This document shows positions 57,643 through 64,000 of a DNA stretch of 64,000 nt, in pieces; position 1 is the first letter of the stretch; every line of letters begins with the position of its first letter. Location of the stretch: positions 161,528 to 225,527 of the IMG/VR virus record IMGVR_UViG_3300028569_002417, one strand, 5' to 3'. The translations under genes and the position numbers were made by a program. The notes under the pieces are model-generated. The model did no database searches. It saw nothing but the letters and a program-made list of their open reading frames with translations, and had not been told where the DNA came from.

Positions 57643-58014
57643 ATGTCGAAGAGTAAGATTCTCACTCCTATGGGTTCAGTTTATGATTCTACTATTATTG
57701 GTGGTGGATCAAAAGTTCCTAAAATCAAATCTGTCAAGCCAACTGGTTCGCAGGTTCTAATTGAATTCTTGACATCTCAGGAAATGCTTGGGACAAGTCT
57801 AGCTGTCAATGAAAAAACAGATTTGAAAGTTCCTTTGCAAGGCTATGTTCGCTCTGTAGGCCCTAACTTCAAATCATCAGATTATGGGTTTAATATAGGC
57901 GACAGAGTCACTGTTTCAGGTCCCGGTATTCATGTTCCTAATTGGGACAATATTCACCGTGATCGCTTCCTTATGGAACCTTCTTCAATTAAAGGCGTGA
58001 TCATAGAAGAATGA
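57643..58014 (+). CDS. GroES/gp31-like co-chaperonin
   Basis: VKPTGSQVLIE, GYVRSVGP, IGDRV, IKGVI. Confidence 0.7.
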   Translation: MSKSKILTPMGSVYDSTIIGGGSKVPKIKSVKPTGSQVLIEFLTSQEMLGTSLAVNEKTDLKVPLQGYVRSVGPNFKSSDYGFNIGDRVTVSGPGIHVPNWDNIHRDRFLMEPSSIKGVIIEE

Positions 58015-59066
58015 AAGACTACTATGTCGTTCTAGGTATTCCTAGAAATGCATCTAAAGAAGATATTGTTAGGGCATACCGCAAGGGTGCCCAAACACAT
58101 CATCCTGACCGTAATCCCGGCGACTCAGAAGCCGAAAAGAGATTTCGTGAAATTCAGGAAGCGTATGAGATATTAAACGATCCAGAAAAACGTGCTGAAT
58201 ATGACAGTGGAGGCCACTCCATGCATTTCAGGATGCGTGGATTTGAGGGTAATCCTTTCAGTGGTTCATTTGGTGATATTTTCCAGAATAGTTCTTATCG
58301 TGGAAGAAATCTAACAGTAAGATTAGAAATTGATTTATCAGAAGCTTATAACGGTTGTAACAAAGAAATAATTATAAAAGTTAAAAATACATGCACGACA
58401 TGTAAGGGTCAAGGCCAGATAAGTAATGAATCATGTGCTAATTGTAATGGTCAAGGATTCACTAAAGTAAATAATGCTCCTTTTGAATTCAGAACAAATT
58501 GTCCAATTTGTAATGGTTTGGGAAAGATAAATCCAATCACATGCGTTGATTGCAGTGGTTCTGGAATGCTTTCTGGATATAAGGAAAAAAAGATACAGGT
58601 TCAAATTCCATGTGGAGTTGACAGTGGAATTAATCTGAGAATGCCCGGTCAAGGAGAGGAATCAATCAGGGGAGGAAATCCCGGTGATTTAATTATTCAT
58701 GTCTTGGTTAAAGAACATGAATATTTTCAAAGAGAAGGAATAGATCTTCTTGTTGATGTCCCTCTTTCCTTTTCCCAGTTGACATTTGGCTGTGAAGTCG
58801 AAATACCTACAATTTGCGACGAGACGCTTACTTGTAAAATTCCATTGGGAACACAAAGCCACGCCAAGTTTAAGCTTGGAGGCAAAGGAATGAAACTTCC
58901 AAATGGTGTTTATGGTGATATGATTGTTACTGTAAAAGTTGAGATACCAAAAGGAATAACAGGTGAATATAAAGAAGCAATTTTGAAACTACAGGATTTT
59001 GAAAAAAATAACTTTGGATCTAGAAGACAAAGATGGCAAAAAATTGTAGGCAAAAAAGATAAATAA
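58011..59066 (+). CDS. dnaJ: DnaJ chaperone
   Basis: DYYVVLG..HPDRN J-domain, four CxxCxGxG, C-terminal domain. Confidence 0.95.
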   Translation: MKDYYVVLGIPRNASKEDIVRAYRKGAQTHHPDRNPGDSEAEKRFREIQEAYEILNDPEKRAEYDSGGHSMHFRMRGFEGNPFSGSFGDIFQNSSYRGRNLTVRLEIDLSEAYNGCNKEIIIKVKNTCTTCKGQGQISNESCANCNGQGFTKVNNAPFEFRTNCPICNGLGKINPITCVDCSGSGMLSGYKEKKIQVQIPCGVDSGINLRMPGQGEESIRGGNPGDLIIHVLVKEHEYFQREGIDLLVDVPLSFSQLTFGCEVEIPTICDETLTCKIPLGTQSHAKFKLGGKGMKLPNGVYGDMIVTVKVEIPKGITGEYKEAILKLQDFEKNNFGSRRQRWQKIVGKKDK

Positions 59067-59086
59067 AAGTTAACTAGGAGAAGAAA

Positions 59087-59290
59087 ATGAATGCTTTGCA
59101 CAATAAGTTTTTTTGGGTAGTCGCCGCTCTTACCGCAGCACTTTTAATTTTTGGAATTGGCGGTAAGTTATTTGTGGACAAGGTTGCTGATGTTGTTATT
59201 GAAAAGCTGAAAAAAGACTATAGCCCTTCTCCTTACGGTCCCGGTATTGATCCTGATAAGATTGATGTTACTAAAATTAAGAAAAATTAA
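59087..59290 (+). CDS. Small membrane protein
   Basis: GGAG RBS; TM helix. Confidence 0.55.
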   Translation: MNALHNKFFWVVAALTAALLIFGIGGKLFVDKVADVVIEKLKKDYSPSPYGPGIDPDKIDVTKIKKN

Positions 59291-59637
59291 ATAACGTGAC
59301 AGCTTTTTATTTGAGAAGGAGCGAGGCTGTTGTCATGCGACAGCCTTAACATTTTTATTACCATTGTTTTTCCAGTTTCTGGTTGGCCCTTTATCCTTCT
59401 AAATTCATCATGTGTAAAATAAAGTTTTGTCCCATCACCTAGTTGAATATAAATAGGGTTCTTTTTTCGTATGATGATGTGAATTTTTGCTCTTTTTTCT
59501 ATTACTGGTAAGTCTAAATCAATATTTGGCAAAATATAAGATTTTGCCCAATCAAAATTTTCTGAAACAGAAAAAGCCCCAATTCTATCTAGGCAATCTC
59601 TTATATTGATAAATTCTTGAAAATTACTGCTCATCAT
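59287..59637 (-). CDS. Hypothetical protein, capsid-targeting-like N-terminus
   Basis: TAAATA 4 nt before ATG; MMSSNFQEFIN. Confidence 0.6.
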   Translation of the reverse strand: MMSSNFQEFINIRDCLDRIGAFSVSENFDWAKSYILPNIDLDLPVIEKRAKIHIIIRKKNPIYIQLGDGTKLYFTHDEFRRIKGQPETGKTMVIKMLRLSHDNSLAPSQIKSCHVI

Positions 59638-59654
59638 TACTTATTTAGTTTACT

Positions 59655-59957
59655 ATGTCTGGAAAATACAAGATTGTTTCATCTTCCAATATTATCACGA
59701 TGGTCATCAATTTCAAGGATGAGAATGATGAAAATAGAACTGTTAATGTTGGAGTTGATTATTTGATGAGCAAAGTATATTTTTTCGACGAAATTTCAAA
59801 AAAAATAGATTATGATGAACTAGAAAAGACTATTCTAAATCATATCATTCCTGATATATGCGATTTACCTGAAATACCAGAAGATTTATTGATCAAGGTT
59901 GATGAAATTCGTCAGGGCAAGTTTGACAATGAAAGTCTTTTTAACATGCAAGGATAA
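59655..59957 (+). CDS. Hypothetical protein
   Basis: 100-aa ORF. Confidence 0.55.
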   Translation: MSGKYKIVSSSNIITMVINFKDENDENRTVNVGVDYLMSKVYFFDEISKKIDYDELEKTILNHIIPDICDLPEIPEDLLIKVDEIRQGKFDNESLFNMQG

Positions 59958-59959
59958 AG

Positions 59960-60334
59960 ATGGCAAATAATAATACAGAAAGATTTGGATTTAGTGTATC
60001 TGCTGGAAACAATAGGCCAGATCCATGTAACTTGAGAATTATGACTTTGGAGCGTGTCAATAAAATCATAGAAAATAAAAGATACGAGCCAAAACTAACT
60101 TCTCAACTTAAGAAAATGGCATCTTTGTATCCACAACAAGCATTGGAAAATTTTGTTCAAAATTTTGATCATCATTTACTAAAGGCAAGACAAGCGATAA
60201 GAATAAGTAAGCCAACTACATCGCCTGTAGAAGTCACTGAGGTTGCTGAAATAACTGAAGTCACTGAGGTTGCTGTAGAAGAAATTGTCACTCACGAGAA
60301 TTCACATGCCCCGTCAGTCGAAGAATTTGAGTAA
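59960..60334 (+). CDS. Hypothetical protein
   Basis: AAGGA RBS; EVTEVA repeats. Confidence 0.55.
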   Translation: MANNNTERFGFSVSAGNNRPDPCNLRIMTLERVNKIIENKRYEPKLTSQLKKMASLYPQQALENFVQNFDHHLLKARQAIRISKPTTSPVEVTEVAEITEVTEVAVEEIVTHENSHAPSVEEFE

Positions 60335-60809
60335 AGAACTACCTTTGCCGGGATCAAAAATTCCAGTAAAGATTGTAGCAGATAGCCCACAGTTTGTGCC
60401 GAAATATAAAACTTCTGGTGCGGCAGCAGCAGACTTAGTTGCTAATATTCCCACAAATGATGCTGGTCATAATTTTGTCAGTGTCATGCCAAGCCAGACA
60501 GAAGTGATCGATTGTGGATTCAGCATGTCTCTTCCTCAAGGCTGGGAAGCGCAAATCAGAGCAAGAAGCGGTCTTGCAGTTCAAGGTCTACAAGTAACCA
60601 ATGGACCCGGAACTATCGATAGTGATTTTACCGGAAGAATCAAAGTAATTGTCAATAGTGCAAGCAAAAACATCATCAGGATCACTCATGGTGATCGTGT
60701 AGCACAGATTTTAATAAAACCTGTGTGGCAAATTGATTGGGTTGAAGTTGATTCTTTAGAAGTTACTGAGCGTGGTGATAAAGGTTTTGGTTCAACAGGA
60801 AAAAATTGA
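60327..60809 (+). CDS. dut: dUTPase (start uncertain)
   Basis: AAAADL, RSGLA, GTIDSDFTG, GDRVAQ, RGDKGFGSTG. Confidence 0.95.
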   Translation: MSKELPLPGSKIPVKIVADSPQFVPKYKTSGAAAADLVANIPTNDAGHNFVSVMPSQTEVIDCGFSMSLPQGWEAQIRARSGLAVQGLQVTNGPGTIDSDFTGRIKVIVNSASKNIIRITHGDRVAQILIKPVWQIDWVEVDSLEVTERGDKGFGSTGKN

Positions 60810-60816
60810 GGTTAAA

Positions 60817-61032
60817 ATGAAAATATTTGCTGTAATTAGCGTTGCCAGACAAGTAGACGGAGAATGGGTCTGTGTCAAAACAGAAAAAGCATTCAAGAGT
60901 TCTTCTTCGGCAGAAAAATATGCAAATAATTTAGCAAGAAATTATGCAGAAAAGATCACTACTGCTAGTGGTGTAATGAATTGTATTTGTGAAAGAGGAG
61001 TTTTTGAAATAGATGTTGATGAACAGGAATAA
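60817..61032 (+). CDS. Hypothetical protein
   Basis: GAGGT RBS. Confidence 0.55.
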   Translation: MKIFAVISVARQVDGEWVCVKTEKAFKSSSSAEKYANNLARNYAEKITTASGVMNCICERGVFEIDVDEQE

Positions 61033-61070
61033 TCAACATTAACCCCATTATAATTAACTGAGGAGAATCC

Positions 61071-61808
61071 ATGGCCACACAGAATAATTACAATCCACTT
61101 GAAGGCGACCGTCCAGAAATGACGGTAAAGCTTCACGAAAATTCTGACGATCATATTTCAATTATTGTCGTCCATAGAGATAGACCTGAATATTTGAACA
61201 TTTGCCTTCAGTCAATTGCAGTCACCAGCTTCAACAACAACTACGAAATCATCGTTGTCGATAACGGAAGCGGCAAGGAATCACAAGAATTCCTTAAGGA
61301 TATCGAAGGGGAAGTCAAGGTCGTAAAGAATGAGAAGAATCTTTACTGGTCAGCAGCTTGTAATAAAGGCGTACAGGCTGCTGATAAAAACAGTAAATAT
61401 TTTATCTTCATGCATTGTGACATCGTAGTAATCAATCCTGCTTGGATTGACTTGCTTGTAAATGTGTCAGAAGCACAACATTCAGGATTCGTTGGGGTTG
61501 ACACTCAATCCTATATGATGGGAAATCAAAAGGTTGATTTCCTCCAAGATCATATTACCTTGATAACAAGAGAAGCTTGGAGTGATATTGGTCCTTGGCC
61601 AGAACAACTTCCACAAATAGGCCCATCTTTCATTCTCACAATCAGAGCTCAACAGAAGGGCCATAAGCCTCAGATTATGAAAAATCCAATCATCCATCAC
61701 TACAAGATTTTTAGCATGGATATTTCAGAATATGAAAGAATGACAGAGCAGGCGATGACAACATTACCAAAACTAATGACTGATGTTTACTCAAAGGCTG
61801 TTTCATGA
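61071..61808 (+). CDS. GT2 glycosyltransferase
   Basis: ISIIVV, EIIVVDNGS, ACNKG, FMHCD. Confidence 0.85.
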   Translation: MATQNNYNPLEGDRPEMTVKLHENSDDHISIIVVHRDRPEYLNICLQSIAVTSFNNNYEIIVVDNGSGKESQEFLKDIEGEVKVVKNEKNLYWSAACNKGVQAADKNSKYFIFMHCDIVVINPAWIDLLVNVSEAQHSGFVGVDTQSYMMGNQKVDFLQDHITLITREAWSDIGPWPEQLPQIGPSFILTIRAQQKGHKPQIMKNPIIHHYKIFSMDISEYERMTEQAMTTLPKLMTDVYSKAVS

Positions 61809-62458
61809 AACAGGTCGTAAGGACCGATAAATTCGCAATTTTTGATGATGTGTTCAAACAAGATTTGTTTGACACATTGGTTAGACATTTTTGCGAAATT
61901 GATTTCGTAAAACATAATCAAAACTTGATTAAAGTTTGGAAAATAAGCGATGGAGAAATTTTTGGTGGAGAATCTCATAGCTCCAAAAAATTTCCCTTTA
62001 ACAGTCCTTTGGATTTTGTCCATAATACTGTTTACTATCTTGCTAAAAATAATATTCAAGATTTGGTTGGAAAAGAAGGAGAAGAATGGACAGAAATAAT
62101 TTATCGTCCTTACATTTACCCAGTAGGAACAAAAATATCTTGGCATAATGATTCAGGTTATACTGCTGCATGTATTTTTTATTGCCATAGAGAATGGAGT
62201 CCTTTTTGGGGTGGCGAATTAATGATTGCAAACACTCCAAATAGCGAACAATATCCAGAATTGAAATCTAGCCCAGACGATCTTTTTTCTAAAGACTATA
62301 CTAAACCTTTTTTGAATTACTTTGGATTTGGTCAATACATCACACCTATTCCAAATAGAATGGTTTTCACTAAAGGTGGAGTTTGGCATGGGATTAACAG
62401 AGTCGATGTGGCAGCAGGAGATAACCTTAGATTTTCAATTGTAGCTTTCTTCAAGTGA
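61805..62458 (+). CDS. 2OG-Fe(II) oxygenase
   Basis: WHND, WGGEL, PNRMVF, WHG, RFSI. Confidence 0.85.
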   Translation: MKQVVRTDKFAIFDDVFKQDLFDTLVRHFCEIDFVKHNQNLIKVWKISDGEIFGGESHSSKKFPFNSPLDFVHNTVYYLAKNNIQDLVGKEGEEWTEIIYRPYIYPVGTKISWHNDSGYTAACIFYCHREWSPFWGGELMIANTPNSEQYPELKSSPDDLFSKDYTKPFLNYFGFGQYITPIPNRMVFTKGGVWHGINRVDVAAGDNLRFSIVAFFK

Positions 62459-62462
62459 GAAA

Positions 62463-62942
62463 CTAATCTTTCTTTGTATTTTCTAAATTCTTGACAAAAT
62501 TAATCCAATCTTCATTAACCCATATAACTGGTGAATGGGTGCAGTATGCTGCTGCATAACTCATGCAGAAAATTTCTTCTGCATTTTGTTGCAAGGCATG
62601 TTTTTGTTCCTTATGTGGGAATTTATCTATTTGCGTTTGCTTAGTCTTCTTGACTAATTCTTCCCATTTCTTCTTCAAATCTTTGGTCATAATATATTCC
62701 CAGACCAAATGAGCAATTTCATGCAATGTTGTGAACGCTCTGCTGTAGTTCCATGGAGCAGCTACAACGATCCTGTTTTTGAAAATATAACCAATATGAT
62801 CATTATCGCCGTCTAAAGTGTTGCCACTTGTATATTTGAATTTATATCCATTGAGAAGATCACGATGTTTCTTAGGAAGAGAAGAAATTAACTTCTCAAC
62901 ATCTTTTTGTTCTTCAGATTCAAGAAAAGTTTTGAATTCCAT
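62463..62942 (-). CDS. HExxH zinc-metalloprotease-like protein, capsid-targeting-like N-terminus
   Basis: TLHEIAH..EEIFC; MEFKTFLESEE. Confidence 0.6.
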   Translation of the reverse strand: MEFKTFLESEEQKDVEKLISSLPKKHRDLLNGYKFKYTSGNTLDGDNDHIGYIFKNRIVVAAPWNYSRAFTTLHEIAHLVWEYIMTKDLKKKWEELVKKTKQTQIDKFPHKEQKHALQQNAEEIFCMSYAAAYCTHSPVIWVNEDWINFVKNLENTKKD

Positions 62943-63026
62943 CTTTTTCTCCCAAGATATAAATGATTCAACCATATTATTTAACAATAAATTCGACTAT
63001 ATTGTTTTCAAATTCCTAATACATAA

Positions 63027-63269
63027 CATCACAATGGAAATGTTCAATATGATACTTCAGCGACATCTTTGGCAAGTGGAAGTGGTACTGATGTCATAGG
63101 TGGTTATGTGAATAAACAAGGCAGTTTGGATATTACTAGCATAAATCAATTCAACTTCCAGATTGGAAGGTTTTTGGATGGCACGAGTGAAGTTATCACA
63201 GTTGCTTTTGCCCCAACATCAGCAAACACTAAGGTTTTGGCTGATTTGGCTTGGTTTGAAATTGTTTGA
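63027..63269 (+). pseudogene. Probable C-terminal gene fragment
   Basis: Protein-like HNGNVQYDTSATSL..LADLAWFEIV with no plausible start or RBS. Confidence 0.35.
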
Positions 63270-63334
63270 TAATTTGGTAAAAAAAACCACTCAAATATTT
63301 TTATTTGAGTGGTTTTACTGTAAAAAATAAATTT

Positions 63335-64000
63335 TTAGACTATTGCAGATGTGTCAACACTCTTCCATGCTCCGCCAACATAGACCTCTATGTTGCCTGT
63401 CGCTGTGTTGTAGCAGAACATACCGTTAGTTGCAGTGCCAGCAGCAGCGTTTCTTGCAGTATTGTCTGCATAGACTGGCATTCTTGGCATAGAATTCAAA
63501 TAAATATGACCATTTCTACCAGCACCAGAATTAGTGCCACAAGTAAGGTTCATATCACCAGCACGATCTGTGCCAACGCTATTACCAGAAATCAAGGTTA
63601 AATCGCCACCACGACCATCAACAGTGCCATCTCCAGCTTCAATAGCAATATCTCCACCATCTATATCTGTAGTGGCTAATGAATTACCAGCATATATAAA
63701 TATGTCACCTGCTTCTGGATCATCTCCAGTGCTACCATCTCCATTGCCACTATCGCCAGCACGAATAGTTACATCTCCAGCTTGACCATCATCACCAGCT
63801 ACGCCAGCTTCTAATGTAATATTGCCACCATCGCTGTCACCAATGCCAGTAGATGCGGAACCACCATATATGAATACATCTCCTGCATCGGAATTATCGG
63901 CAGCATCTGCATTGCCACCTCTAATCGTTACATCTCCAGCGTTTGCATCTGGACCATCTCCAGTATTGCCAGCTTCGATGTTGATGTTTCCGCCTTCGCC
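63335..64000 (-). CDS. Gly-rich repeat tail-fibre-like protein (5'-truncated by window)
   Basis: Repeated (A/G)GD.xI.AG units; C-terminal GMFCYNTATGNIEVYVGGAW. Confidence 0.65.
   Translation of the reverse strand, partial: GEGGNINIEAGNTGDGPDANAGDVTIRGGNADAADNSDAGDVFIYGGSASTGIGDSDGGNITLEAGVAGDDGQAGDVTIRAGDSGNGDGSTGDDPEAGDIFIYAGNSLATTDIDGGDIAIEAGDGTVDGRGGDLTLISGNSVGTDRAGDMNLTCGTNSGAGRNGHIYLNSMPRMPVYADNTARNAAAGTATNGMFCYNTATGNIEVYVGGAWKSVDTSAIV

Overview
An AT-rich, densely coding segment of what is very probably a large (jumbo, T4-like) bacteriophage genome using genetic code 11. It has replication and recombination genes (gp32-like SSB, UvsX/RecA, Hel308-like helicase, dNMP kinase, ThyX, dUTPase). 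DnaE is spread over three genes with a split intein, a free-standing endonuclease, a second cis intein and an 8-nt in-gene interruption. It also carries translation and chaperone genes (tmRNA, bS21, IF-3, peptide deformylase, GroES-like, DnaJ), a prkA/yeaG-yeaH-spoVR operon with an intein in SpoVR, HldE with several glycosyltransferases, and a type V-I CRISPR system (cas12i plus a 13-spacer array, no cas1/cas2). The most notable unexplained structure is a set of solitary copies of the Cas12i repeat handle about 17-18 kb from the array (51873-51903, 52748-52773), plus a partial copy in the cas12i leader. Each lies directly upstream of a ribosome-binding site, and two lie behind the same TTTACA-N17-TACACT promoter. 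This suggests Cas12i may regulate phage genes through repeat-like RNA leaders. The second highlight is a candidate ribosomal hop (CAC-UAG-UU-UAC) that would be needed to make the DnaE PHP domain. All protein calls come from motif recognition only; no searches were run.
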